From NCBI GenBank assembly GCA_964057225.1, contig OZ059895.1, positions 15,934,001 through 15,998,000 of the forward strand: a stretch of DNA of 64,000 nucleotides, in the 5' to 3' direction. The DNA comes from Auanema rhodensis. Lineage: Eukaryota; Animalia; Nematoda. Positions 1 through 13,435 of the stretch are shown piece by piece; the first letter of the stretch is position 1, and every line of letters begins with the position of its first letter. The notes under the pieces are model-generated. The model saw only the letters and a list, made by a program, of their open reading frames with translations. It searched no databases and had not been told where the DNA came from. Both the position numbers and the translations under genes were made by a program.

Positions 1-392
1 AACTTTAAGTGGAGAAAAGAAAAAATGGAGAAAAGTAAGAAAACCGAGGGGCACTGCTTTGATGAATGGGACCCCGAGACTCTTGTCGACTATATATAAA
101 TCAGCTATTTTTGGATTCAAAGAAGAAGCAAAAAACTTTCTTTTTTTCTATCATCTCTCACCTTTTCGTATACTAAAATAATATAGTTGCACTTACAATA
201 TGTCTGAATATCTCATTCTCCCTTTCTCTCTCTTCCTCTCTATGTCATACTCTCACCCTCTTAGACGTATATAAGTTTGAGGTAAAAAGATAATTGCTCC
301 AAGCTATTTCTATGGACATTTTAAATGAATTTTGACACCTATGCTTAGATAACTGGCAATATGAGTATGAGCTTGTTGAAGATCTATACAAC

Positions 393-408
393 ATATATTA
401 TATATATA

Positions 409-464
<56 letters not shown>
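393..464. repeat. (TA)n microsatellite
   Basis: Near-pure TA dinucleotide run; uninterrupted from 412 to 464. Confidence 0.95.
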
Positions 465-467
<3 letters not shown>

Positions 468-946
468 TTCCCTATTCACTGTCTATTGGAAGTAGGAAGG
501 GGGATTAGCAAAAATTGACACATACGTACCATTGTGAAGGTGGCAGAACAGAAGTAAGAGAGGGAGAGAAAGAGAGAATTGCGGTAGTGAGGGGAAAAAA
601 CAGAAGCGTTATAAACTCGTTAACGTCCATCATTCTCTCGAACCAATTGTACGAAGTTTTGCTTAAAAAAACAGAAAGATAGGAAGAAAGAAGGGAAAAG
701 AGAGAAAGAGAGAAAGAGAGAGAGAGAGAGAATGTGTAAGAATGTTGAATTAAATTGACACAGTGAGAGAGGGAACTATTAGAATCAGAAGAGGATTAGG
801 AGACTATAAAGCTAAAACCTTCAAGCTTGATCAAGCCATAAAACAAAGCCTTAATTACCATATATACATGATTTGTTTATAGATTCTATCTATTATAATG
901 AGAATTGAGTCAAACCATATGATATCTATTACATCTAATCTTTCAG

Positions 947-1813
947 GATCCCAAAAGATCTGCGCAAGTTCATCTATGCTTTTGCTGTGTTCAACTCAGC
1001 TATATCTCCATATCTTTATGGATATTTCTCATTCGACGTACGACGTGAGCTGAAATTGTTAATGACATGTTCAAAACTGACGGCATCAGAGCGTAACTTG
1101 TCATGTTCAACCAATGTGTCTCGGTAAGTCTTCTTGTATTCAACATCCGATCATCCGCTTGAAGCATGTATCCTTTGACGAACATCTTCAGCCTTTCATC
1201 CACCCCACACCATGCCCATAACGTCTCCCTCCAAACCACCCCCAAAGCCATACGCTTAGGTCTATTATGCTTGAAACAATCATAAGCTGAAAGTGTTCCG
1301 CTCGTTTGCCTCAGCAAAGCACATGGCAAGCTGTTTGCCATCCAGCTACACGTTAGCCTAACAATGACTGAATAAGTGAAAACGTTGTCGTCGACAATAG
1401 CCAAACACACATTAGCATCTCCTTTTCAGCAACTTTTTTTTTGTTTGAAGCTATGAAACTTCAGCCTATCCCGTAGTAATCGTATCTATATAAATCTTGC
1501 ATGCAAATTCCCGCATGTTTCACATCCGTTTGAGATAATCAAACCCAAACGATTGCTATTTACTCCATAATTTATAATTTAGTTGGGATTGGTATAATGC
1601 TCAAAGACAACATGAGCTCCTCCTTCTTCTCTCCCTTCTTCTTTACCCTCTCTGTATTATGCTATAATGAGAACTAGTCTCTCGCTTAGTGTCTGATTCT
1701 TTCCAACTATCTCTTCCATCTATTTCATGCTTTTTCATCTGTGAATTAAAGACCTCCCACTCATTCCCTGCTATCTCACTTCCTCTCCCTTCCTTTTATT
1801 CCTCTTCCTCTTT

Positions 1814-1897
<84 letters not shown>

Positions 1898-2336
1898 TTC
1901 TCTCTTTCTCTCTTTCTCTCTTTCTCTCTTTCTCTCTTTCTCTCTTGCTCTATTATCTTTCTTACTACTTCTGTCTCTTTATACAGCAGATCTACTAATG
2001 GAGAAGCTAAGACTTAAAAAGAGCTATAGAGAGAAAATTTAAAAGAGAAATAGTAGAGTATAATCCCTTCTTTTCCTTCTTCTTTTTCCTCTAAACTATA
2101 TCGTCTAACTAACGTCTCAATATAATTTCAGATCGCAAAATAGCCAACGATTGCGTAAACGAAGTGCATCAGCATACGATTTGGACAGTGGTCGGGCACT
2201 TCTCAGCAAGGAAGAGCCAACTCCGCCTGTCTGTAATCGTGGTCATTCTCTACGACATCCGAAGAAAGCTAATCGTCTAACAGTCAGCACTACAACCTCA
2301 CCTTCTCCTCACTATAAGTATCGATCCATGCTCTAA
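947..2336 (+). CDS. gnrr-1: Class A GPCR, GnRH/AKH-receptor-like; last two exons only (947-1123, 2132-2336), 5' part outside the window
   Basis: Both exons follow tttcag acceptors, with a gtaagt donor at 1124. They splice in frame to IPKDLRKFIYAFAVFNSAISPYLYGYFSFDVRRELKLL...RLRKRSASAYD...RSML*. NSxxSPYLY is a TM7 NPxxY variant followed by helix 8. The symbol is from recalled similarity. Confidence 0.7.
1818..1945. repeat. (CT)n microsatellite grading into CTTT-interrupted CT repeats, inside the GPCR intron
   Basis: Directly visible; accounts for the spurious SLSLSL ORF at 1689-2042. Confidence 0.95.
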
Positions 2337-5300
2337 AATCATTGTTCTTCTCACTCACTCACTCCACTCCATCATACGTTATGTGACTATAAAACATCGT
2401 TATTTGACTTTTCTCTGTTGCTTTTTTCTTCAAAAAAAAAAGTCTAAGGAAAAGCCCTGAACGATATCACGACGAGTCATCTTAACACCATCTATCTATC
2501 ATTTCTACTTGTTCTCATCTGCCCAATAAACACGTGTTCCTCCTTCACTCAGTTTATCAACTCAATTTCAGTTTCGAGTTAAAGTTTGTCTGTCTATATT
2601 TCAGCCAAAATCCCTTTATATATATGTGTATATATATCTTTATAACCTATTATTTAAACAACAACAAAATAGAAAAAGATTGATTTGTTGCTCTTTTTTG
2701 CTGAAAAAAGTCTTTGTATGAACATGTATGCAAAGGTTTGTTTTTCTTATTTTCACATTGTGTCGTTACCGATTGAAACAAGCTAAGCTTTAGTCCAATT
2801 AATATTATTTTCATTCGTTTTCTCTCCTTTTTCGTTTCACTTTGCCTTCGTCACACCCCACTCTCTCTCTCTTCTCTCTCTTTCTCTCTCTCTCTTCTCT
2901 CTGTTCCAACCTCACTCGTGTGCTTATGCTCTTATACTATGTGTATATTCTCTTCTAATTCAGGCAAAAAAGTAATTATCCATTGACCGAAATGTTTACA
3001 TGTTTGACCGAAAACATTAAATTTTAGAAATAAGTCATAGGATTCAAAGTTCCAGAATATTTATCTATGTCTCTACGTTGGTGCACCAGATATCGTTTGT
3101 ATCCTCAGATTTCAGATCTCTCTCTCTCTCTTTCTCTCTCTATCAAACATACACACACAAATACATACATACACCGTCTCTTGTTCTATGTCTCTCTCTC
3201 CTTCTCCTAATACTGAAATTTTATCTTGAACATCATTTTTTAGTCTCTCAATTCAATGTGTATTCATATCAGATTTTTATCATTTTATTTCATTTTTTAA
3301 TAATAATTATTATTATTTATCTAATTATCTTATTTATTAATTATTACATATATATACATTAAACCGAAAAAAGGTTTGTAATATCAAAGAAACGCACACA
3401 CATACACGTATAGAAGAGACATTCTCATACATGAAGAGACCGCAAAAGAACAGACAATGCAAGGCAGCAACCTTATGCTTAAACTTAAGTTTAAACTTAT
3501 TCTCATACATATAAAATACAACACAATGTACATATATGTTAATGGTGTTACAACCCTATTACTCTTTTATTTTCTTTTTATTAAGTATATATTCATGATT
3601 GTTATATGCTAAATAAAAATGCTCCCATATACAAATTGAATTTCCTTTTTTTTTGTTTTTCTCTGTTTTTTTTTATTTTTTAGGGCTTTCGCCTTATCGA
3701 TTCTGAATTTTGAGGATGACTTTGTTGTCTTTCGTTAGGCTTTATATAACTATGGCTTGGTATCAAGCAGCCACGTGACTCCGCCTTCTTTGGACATAAC
3801 GGACTCCTCCCTTCTTGTTCCTCTCCCAAGTTCTCTCTCTCTCTATCTCTCTACCTCCTTCCATTTTCTGATATTTCCTTATTCATGTTCATCGTCTACA
3901 ACCTTCATACAACTTCATGTTGTTTTATGTTTTTCTCTCTACCCCCCACTCCCTCCATGTGTGCATGTCATTTACTAAATCTAGCTACTTTTAAAACAAA
4001 AAAATACATTTTTCGCGAAAGAGCGAGGCAGCAGAAACTGCTAGCTGCAGCATGGTGCCACTGACTAATAGTCGCTGCACAATCTCACCCTCAGAACCTC
4101 AAAACTCAATTTTTTTTGAGATTAACAAAGGGTTTCATTTTGGAGAACACTCATCCTGGCGATGACAAGTACTGATGTTACCGCTATGCCGGAACCAGTT
4201 CTACACAACAACATACTAATATTCAACTTCTTATTGATTTATTGACCACCGACAACCAGAAAATAACTTGTTCACAACTTTTTACTTCTTGTCATTGTCA
4301 TCCCAGCAAATTTTGAGTAAGTCTAAATCTAATTCTATGGCGTCGAGACGGCCACCAAGCATGCTGAGCACCGCGACGGCTCTTTTCTTCGTCTGTCTGC
4401 ATTGCCTTCATGCTTCAGCCTTACGTTTTTACCAGCATGTCGTAAGCGAAAGCCTTATTCTCGACCAGCAGTTGAAATTGCCTTTTATGGACAGGCAGTG
4501 TAATTTCAACGGTTACCTTGACATCAACGCGTGCTAGACGTTTCTATTCATCCACCCAACTATTCGTATTCTACAAGCATGTAACAAGCTTTCCTCTTCA
4601 CGCAATTCCCTTTATTTCTTTCACTCCATTTCATTATTTTCATCATTACAACAAAGATCTGTATCCGTAAGACTTTTCCTCCCGTTAACAGTCATTCTTC
4701 GTATTTTTTCAATGATTTTCGTCATGTATGTCAGTTACCTCAATCGCAATCGACTGACATGAGTATAAACAAGTAACACACACACAGCAATTTCGAAATA
4801 GGTTTTAGCATAGACGTTCATATCAGTCATTGCTAGTGTGTCTTATCTTGTCTTGTCATTTGTGTCTTTATTATAAGCCTATAATCATTGCAGTCTCGAA
4901 ATTGCCAGTGAATAAAACACTAAAATATCGGTCAAAGACAGGCCGATCAGTGGGTTTGGCTGGACACGAGTTAATCTTAATGTTTTACTATTGACATGAC
5001 AAAATCCTATTTCTCACCTGCTTCAGTTAATGCTCTTTGATCAGAGCCATATTTCATATGGCTGTTGTTCATCTTAAAGACATATGATCAAGCGCTAAAA
5101 TGTCCAAAAATCGACGACATCTGGCTTGTTGTTTCAATTACTGTCTCTTGTGTCAATCTGAATATGCCGATGAGTTGTTCCTAAGGGACATAATGAGGAA
5201 TGTCTATACACACACTAACACTTACAATCAATATGCCGATCGAAGGAATAAACTCCTATTTCTAAATGTAAGATGGCATCCTCTTCAGTTTCAATCTCGT

Positions 5301-5941
5301 TCCACGCATACGTTAAATCATGGAGTGGTTATTTACGTGAATTACGTGAGACCGCGTCGTCAATTCTTTTCTCGCGAGAGGCGTGGAACGGTTGTGCTTC
5401 AAACTCTTCTGTTATTTTTTCAACAAAAAATTTAATTCTCAGGATGTGATAGTTTCTTAGATCAGTAAACATTAGCCGTTTAAACAATAATAAACATATT
5501 TTTCTATCTTTTCAAATTGGATAAACAAATTTCATAATCTCATCGGATATTATTTCTCTCAATGGTATCAATGAATCCTGATCTATCGTCTCGCCGCTAG
5601 CTTGCTAGCTAGATTTGGCTTGAATGTTGACTAGTGCATCCGAGAAGCTGGCCATATATGACTGAGACTATTCAGCCCCATAGCAACATTAGCACGGTGA
5701 AACCTGAACCCCTCTGTGCTAGAGCTGCATTGGCAGTCTGTCTTACTATTGCTTTTAGTATTCTTGAATCACTAATTATGTTTTGTTTGGGAATAAGCAT
5801 GACCTAGAACAGTCGATTAGTTGACATACCATTTTACTATGTCAATTCGTATATTATGTAATTTCTCGTTTATTGTTCGATTGTTCCAATCTAAAATTAT
5901 AATTCAATTTACAGCAATTTTCACCAAACTATTGTGAAAAA

Positions 5942-6679
5942 ATGGCTGCTGATAATATTGAGTTTACCTGGGATGGTAAAGAAGTCAAAAAACGGTAAGC
6001 TTATTCTTATTTACCTCCTTCATTTTTAACCAACAATCTTCTTTTTTAGCTGGGATGCGTTTACTAAGTTTGGATCAGCCACAGCTACCGAAATGACTGG
6101 AAAAAACTTCGACAAGTGGCTTAAGGATGCTGGTGTGATTGATCCTAAGGGAGTTACTACAACCATGACTGGAATAGCTTTCAGCAAAGTTACTGGGTGG
6201 GCCATATTTCAGATATACATTTCAAGTAATCGGCAATTTATAGACCAAAGAAGAAGGCAACTTTCGATGAAACAAAGAAGATCATAAAAACTGTAGCAGA
6301 AGATAGAGCACGTCAATCAAAGAAGACAGTTCAGGTATCCACTTTCGAAAGCATCCCCCAAACAGGCATTCCAGGAAGAACTTGATTTTATAACCGAGAA
6401 GCTAGCTAACTTGGAAGCTCCCACGGTCAACAGCGCAGCGAAATCTGATGCTAACGGAGTGTACAGCAGACTAACTGATCACAAGAAATACACAGGAGCG
6501 CACAAAGAAAGATTTGATGCTACAGGAAAAGGTATTAACCATCTGCTACCACCCAGATTTATCATTGTGATTCAATTATAGGAAAAGGCAAAGCTGGTCG
6601 CGAGGACGTAGTGAAACACACCGGTTACGTTGCGTCATACAAGAACCAAGACACCTACGACAAATCCCACGGAAAATAG
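5942..6679 (+). CDS. tppp-1: Tubulin polymerization-promoting protein (p25alpha family), 5 exons
   Basis: Splices to MAADNIEFTWDGKEVKKRWDAFTKFG...MTGKNFDKWLKDAGVID...[31 protein letters not shown]...GYVASYKNQDTYDKSHGK*; carries the diagnostic p25alpha C-terminal motifs. Confidence 0.95.
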
Positions 6680-6759
6680 TGATCTCACCGCATTTGTATC
6701 AGCGGAAATAATAAACAATAATTATTAACAGATTTATAAACAAAACAAACAACAATTTT

Positions 6760-7652
6760 TTACTTGTTCTCCTCAGCGGCGTCTCTGGCCCTCTTTTCGC
6801 GCTTTCCGGCATACTTAGCATCAGCTCTAGCTCTTCTAAGAGTGCGGTAGATCTCGACCTTTCTCTCAGCTTCAGTAACAGCTCTTGGCTCTTCGAAGGT
6901 AAGAACATTCTTGACTGGAAGGATGTCTCCACGGAGTTGGGCGGCAACCTTGAGCTCAGCAGCCTAAAATTTTTGTTTTATTAAAATGTTGAGATTTCCT
7001 ATCACAAGGCACGGTATACTGATGACCTGTGTCAAACTGGCTTCATTAATATTGCATGCGTTAAAAGAAATTATCAAAAATATATAATGATAATTGCTGG
7101 AACGCTGCCACGAATACTGTTAAAATGATAAAATGACTTACGCTGCTGTCTCCCTTCTTGGGGGCGGAGAGCTTCTTGGGGAAGAGGATAAGCTTAGATT
7201 TGTACTCCTTCAGGCGCTCAACATTAGCCTAGAAATAATAAAAAATTTAAAATTAATAATGTTAAGAAATTGATACCTTGAGTCCCTCAACAGATTTGTT
7301 GGTTCTGCGGTAGTCAACAGCAACACCAATAGTTCTGGCTTGAGTCTTGGCAATACCGGCCTCCTTAAGCTCTTGGAGGGTGAAACCACGTCCAAGTCTG
7401 ACCTTAGAGTTGTAGCGTTGAGTTGGGCAACGGACAACAGATCTAAAAAAATTAATTCCGTAAAATTCTTCAGTAATTTTGATACCTGAGAAGTCCAGCG
7501 ACTGGTCTTGGAGAAACAGCGTTAGCCTTCTTGAGACGGTTCTCTCTTCTACGGAGTTTACGTCCGGGCTGGTTGAACCAGGTCTTAATTCTTCTTGTCC
7601 AGTGCTTTCTGAAGTGGGCATTGCCCAACATTTGGTTACCACGTGGCGCCAT
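6760..7652 (-). CDS. rpl-13: 60S ribosomal protein L13 (eL13), 4 exons
   Basis: [18 protein letters not shown]...[12 protein letters not shown]...[25 protein letters not shown]...AAEENK*; canonical GT-AG introns. Confidence 0.98.
6984..7118 (-). ncRNA. Box H/ACA snoRNA in rpl-13 intron 3 (6964-7141)
   Basis: Hairpin 1 (GCGTT/AACGC, AATTATCA/TGATAATT), H box ATATTA (7047-7052), hairpin 2 (CACAGG/CTTGTG), ACA at 6987-6989 followed by 3 nt. About 135 nt. The 3' pocket AGTTTGA/ATAGG is complementary to conserved LSU rRNA CCUAU-U-C-UCAAACU. Confidence 0.85.
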
Positions 7653-9062
7653 TTTACCCTCTAAATAAAATTAATTATAAAATGAATAAGAAATAGAAAA
7701 TCAGCTAAAATTGAGAATAGGAATAATTAGGAATGACGAATAAAACTTATTAATTATCGTGAAAAAAACAGATTGCGACGCCTAGAAGCGCTGGATACGA
7801 AACTAAATTACATCACCTTCTTATAAACAAGCTTTAGACTTTGAATATAATGCGATAAAATAAAAAAAATAAATCAAAAATTGAGCAAAAAGTTCTTTCA
7901 AATTAAAGAATTTTTAGGATGAACATCGATAACATTCATGTAGTGTTAGGAACGGCCCGCGCCAACATCGAATACTCAGCCAATAGCGAAATGAATTTTG
8001 GGGATCTGCCAATGTCATTCGCGCCAGGACCATTTAATAAAAATAAACTGAACTACGTACAAAAACTTGCATTTTATATCGATGATAGGATGGGTTTAGA
8101 TTGTATTTAATAAAAGAAATTGTAAAAAAAGTCTGTTCGCTATGAAAAACAAAACGTTTGATCTTTGTATATTTATTATGAAAGATTGAATTTGATTGAG
8201 ATTGGGTGGAATTTTATAAGAGTTTCAATTGTATATGACGTTAAAATTGATTTACTACTGGATAATTGGTGTGAATCAACTCGTACATGAATTATATATG
8301 TGGACATACTTCTGTTCTATTCTTCTGGATTTGATTTTTCGGAAGCCATCACAATCATCAATTTTTTTCGGGTCAACGGTAGAAATCGCAAACAGTGTAG
8401 AATGAAATGACATCGTTCTATCGGAACTTAAGGTGATACAGATTCTTAAGATCTCGGATAACATAAAGAGAAACGAGAAATTCAACAAGAGTGAAGAAAT
8501 GACGTATTTGAATGCTTCTGGCTATCTCATTACCGTATCTCATCTTCCATTTTAGTGGTTGATGAAATTATTGTTTGAAGTTTGAAAGATGTTGTAAACT
8601 CTAAAACTATTATTTATACGGTATCCATAAAGATTAGTAAAAGATCTCGGAATCTATGGGCGGGAAGAACTGTAGTGTTACTTAGCCTGATCAATGGTTT
8701 GTACCTTGCTTCTCGTGTTTTCTCATATTACATCTTGATTTTCGGATATTGAACCTTAATACTCTCTTACAAGCATCATGAAAATGATAATATGATTTAC
8801 TCTTTTTGATTCCAAGATTTGTTCATGTGTTCCATTGTGGGATTTACGGGCTAATTTGCTAAGAACCGGTTGCCTTGTGCGAGACGTCGCTGGATTAGAA
8901 AAGGCTGAAAGGTTTTGGTATGCTGCTGCACTTCACACAGCGAGTGCGGTTTACATTTCTAATATATTTTCATGAATTTTTTGTATTTGACTTTTCTCTT
9001 CATGTATCGTTTGATTTTAAGTTTGTTTTTTAACTCTTGAATAACTTTATACTTACAGCCAT

Positions 9063-12000
9063 ATGAGGTTCGACTGGCTTGAGAGGCGGATTGCTTCTGG
9101 GTTCCATCGTTATGGCCACTTTATTTCAAATAACCCCCTGCCTTTCGTAATATTTCCTTTATTAGTCACCCTAGCTATGACAGCAGGTTAGATTCTATGA
9201 AGATCGAGAGAGAGAACAGAAATGATTATCTTTAGGGTTCCTGCACTTAGATCCATTAACCGATGCTGTATATCTTTTTACCCCACTTGGCTCTCCTAGT
9301 AAATATGAGCGTCAGTCAATTCATGAGAAATGGCCATTAACAGATGATAACTATATTCCTGGGCGTGCTGTAACTCAAAGCAGAGAGATTCAGGTATATC
9401 TTATATCAGAACATCACATAGTATCTCTGACTTTGTTAGGTTACTGCACTAGCAAGAAATGGTGCTAACATTTTGGAAAGTGATTATGCTGAAGCAGTAT
9501 TCAAATTAGATAGTTATATACAGAATAGGTAAGGGTTTATCTTTCTTTTTTTTTAACTAACCTTTGTCGTTTTCAGAATTAGAGTGTTATTTAAAGGAAA
9601 GTATTATACATATAGAGATTTATGCTTGCAATTCAAAGGTCTAATATATTTCCTTTCTAATCTTCATTCAGTACTTTAGGTAGTGGATGCCCCGGTAATA
9701 AACATATCCATATTCTTTCTGATCTCTACAATCATGGCTTCAATATTACTTTCCCATACTTCCGTTTCGGAACAGAGTAGGAAATGCTAAAAATTCATGC
9801 AATACCAAAGTATTCAGGAGTGGATATCTCGGTTCTGCTATGGGAGGTGTATCGCTAATGAATACTGAAAACGGAACATCAATCCTTGCTGGAGCCAGAG
9901 CATGGTTCATGATTTATCATCTGAAATTCCACCCTCTTGAAACCAGTTACATTTCTGGGTTATGGGAAAATGTATACAGCCTCTAATCTTATTCTATTAA
10001 TATTTGTATTTCAGGAATTGGGAAGACATTTAAAGAACTATCCTGAAGATCCTTATATCTCAATCACATATTTTCATTCTCAAACACTAGCAGATGAATT
10101 AAAGCGAAATGCTGATTCTCTAGGTAGGTATCTGAAATAAAATTAGTTTAAATGAATAATATTGGAGTACGGGATACAACCGCTCTTTTCAACGTTCATC
10201 GTTTAAATGAACGGCGAAAATGCGCGTCTTCCTATGATTAGCATATTTTCGGTTATTCAGTTCTAAAATTAGCATCATCCTATTTAGATAATTTTTTTGG
10301 CTTTCAGTTCCAAGATTCGTGATAGCGTTCAGTCTTCTGGTTGTTTTCTCAGCGATATGCTCGATCTCGTTTGTCAAAAACTCTTACTACATCGACTGGA
10401 ACCTTAGTAAAATGATTTTATCCGTTCTTGGTATGTTACAAAGAAAAATTATAAGATGTGTCACTTCTTTTTAGGTGTTGTTAATGCTGGTATGGGTATA
10501 ATGAGCGGAATCGGTCTTCTTCTTTTATGTGGAATGCCTTATAATGACATTGTAGCTGTTATGCCTTTCCTCGTAGTTGGTAAGTAGACTGTTTGTTAAA
10601 CTTAAGCAGTTTTTTTTTAGCCGTTGGTACTGACAACATGTTCCTTATGGTTGCTTCTGTACGTAGGACTCCAAGATCTCATTCCGTAGGTGAAAGAATG
10701 GGTGAATGCATGGCTGATGCTGCTGTTTCTATTCTTATTACTGCTGCTACTGGTACTGCTTTTTTTCATAAGCTATATTCCAAGATTTCTTTGAAGATGC
10801 TTTTTCGTTTGGAGTTGGAGCTATTACCACTATCCCAGCTGTACAAATTTTCTGTATTTACACCGGAGTTGCTATCATTTTCGCTTTCCTGTACCAAATT
10901 ACCTTCTTCGCTGCTCTTCTTGCTATTTATACTAGATACGAGGATGAGGGACGCCATTCTATCTTTGTCAATGTTTCTACATTCCCCGATGACGAAATTA
11001 AGTCAGCTTCTTTATTCCAAAAACTTTTCAATTTGGGCTCAAGAGCTAAAAGAGATGTTTCTGATCATAAGGAAGCTATCTGTGAGCCAGTTACCGCAAC
11101 CTTCTTCAAAAACTGGCTAGTTTCTACAATATATATTAGGTTATTGTTAGTTTTCTTTTCTAGGTATGCCCCAATGCTTATGAATCCTATTATTCGCGGA
11201 ATTTCAATCGGATGGTTCTTTATCTATCTTATTGGTGCCTACTATGGATGTACCCAAATCAAGGTAGAGTTTGTGTTTCAACTTCACCTTTTGATGAGTT
11301 TTTTTCCAGGAAGGTTTAGAGCCTGTTAATCTCTTAGTCGAAGACAGTTATGCTATTCCTCATTATCGGCTTCTGCAAGAATATTTCTGGAAATACGGTG
11401 CAACCTTACAAGTTTGACTTTAAATTTTGCTAGTTTTTAAATGTTTTATATTAGGTTGTTGTCAATAACGCTCCTGACATGCGTAATTCAACTGCAAGAC
11501 AACGTATCAAAGCTATGGTAGGAGATATGTCAACAACACGACACTCAATTGGAATGGAATCTGTACAATTTTGGATGGAAGAGATGGAAAGGTATGAGAT
11601 CCAAATCATATAATTAGTTATATATTCAAACTTTTAGGTATTACTCTACTCAACTGGACATGGGTATAAACGATGTGGCATTTTATGGCATGCTAAGACA
11701 TTGGCTAGCTTCCAAGCATAATAACCAATTTACTGAAGATTTAGTTTGGGGACATGATTCTGCTGGGGAAGATATTGTTACGGCTTTCAGGTTTTGTTGA
11801 TTACGACCTTTTTTATGTATCTTCTTCTACTTTAAGATTTGTTATTGGAATGAGAGATATTGGTTCTACAACTGAACAAACTGATGCAACGTTACTCTTT
11901 AGAGAGGTTTTCTTAGAGATATCAACTTTTTTTAATCCAACTCTTTTAGGTGGCAGGTAGATGGCCAGAGTTCAATATAACAACTTTCATGCCTCTTTGG

Positions 12001-13007
12001 CTCTTTACTGATCAATATGTTATTATAGTTCCAAACACGGTAATTATCAGTATAAAGAATTGAACGACTTTCAAGCTTTTTTAGGTTCAAAACATCATTA
12101 TTGCTTTGCTTTGTATGGTTGCTATTGCCTTTTTCCTTATTCCTCAGCCAATGTGTGCCGTTTGGGTTGCTCTTGCATGTGCTTCCATTGACTTCGGTGT
12201 TATTGGATATATGACCCTTTGGGGGGTCAATCTGGTCAGCATATATAAAGTTTGAATTTTTCAACTATCTGTCTTCAGGATGCCATATCTATGATTACTA
12301 TTATTATGTCCATTGGATTTTCTGTAGATTACTCTGCTCATATCACTTACGGATACGTCATTTCTCCTGAAGCTGATCCTAGAGATCGTATTCGCGATGC
12401 TTTGTCAGCTTTAGGATGGCCATTGTTCCAGGTACACTTTGGGATGACGAAGAATTTTGTTTACATCTTCTTTTAGGGAGGATTATCCACAATTATAGCT
12501 GTATCTGTTTTGGCTGATATTCCCGCTTACATGATTGTAACTTTCTTCAAAACTGTACGTTTGAACTTTGTAAACTCGAGCTATTAATGTTTATTTTTTT
12601 CAGGTTGTTCTTTCAATTTCAATTGGTCTCATTCATGGACTCGTTTTCTTACCTGTTTTACTTTCAATTTTTGTCCGAGGATGCTGTATCGTTGATGCCC
12701 CTAGTCATTCGCCTGTTGTGAAAGCCAAAGTAGGAAACTGTTAGCAGTATTTCATCATTCATATTCTATCTTTGTTCAGATTACACCTATGCTTGAGAAA
12801 GGAACCTATTATGCGTCCGGTTCACCCTCTACTGGATACGGAACTGGTCCTTCCTCGATCAATGATGGATCTCCCATTGCTGGTTCGATTATTCCACCAC
12901 TCCCAGAGATGAAGTTTGATTCACCAGCCATACTAAGCTTTGAATCAAGTCCAGCAGTACATAATAGATCTAGACAGTCCACTAAGTCACCGAATCATTG
13001 TGAATAA
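9063..13007 (+). CDS. ptr-2: Patched-related (PTR) sterol-sensing/RND membrane protein, multi-exon
   Basis: MRFDWLERRIASGFHRYG...; sterol-sensing-domain motif AVGTDNMFLMV; C-terminal DAISMITIIMSIGFSVDYSAHITY, LGWPLFQG and GLIHGLVFLP. The family is secure; the paralogue number is recalled and fits adjacency to rpl-13/tppp-1. Confidence 0.85.
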
Positions 13008-13435
13008 TTAATTCTTCTTACTAATATTTTTATAATACATTAATTTATTTGAATATTTACATATCTGTATCTTTTTACTCTAATCAAGTTGTTGCAATTT
13101 TCATCATGTCTTTTCATCACAAGTTTTAGCTTTCAACTAACTTTTACATGCCATACAGAGATTCGAAAAAATAAAAATAAATAATTAAATTTAATTAAGC
13201 TTTTCACAACAATATTTTCACATAAGTAATGGCAACAGGTTAAATGGATTTGCACAAATTAAGATCAAACACCGAATAAACAAGATGTAGATGAAACTCG
13301 GAACACACAATGAATGAATTAGTTAATTCAAACTCAAATAATATTAAAAATAAATCAGTAATCAGATGTAAAAACTCCTTAATCTGAACTACGAATACCA
13401 GTAACACAAATTATAAATGAAAATAATAAAACTTA

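Noticed and set aside
5674-5687. X-box-like AGCCCCATAGCAAC upstream of tppp-1
   Set aside because: Only one half-site fits the RFX/DAF-19 consensus
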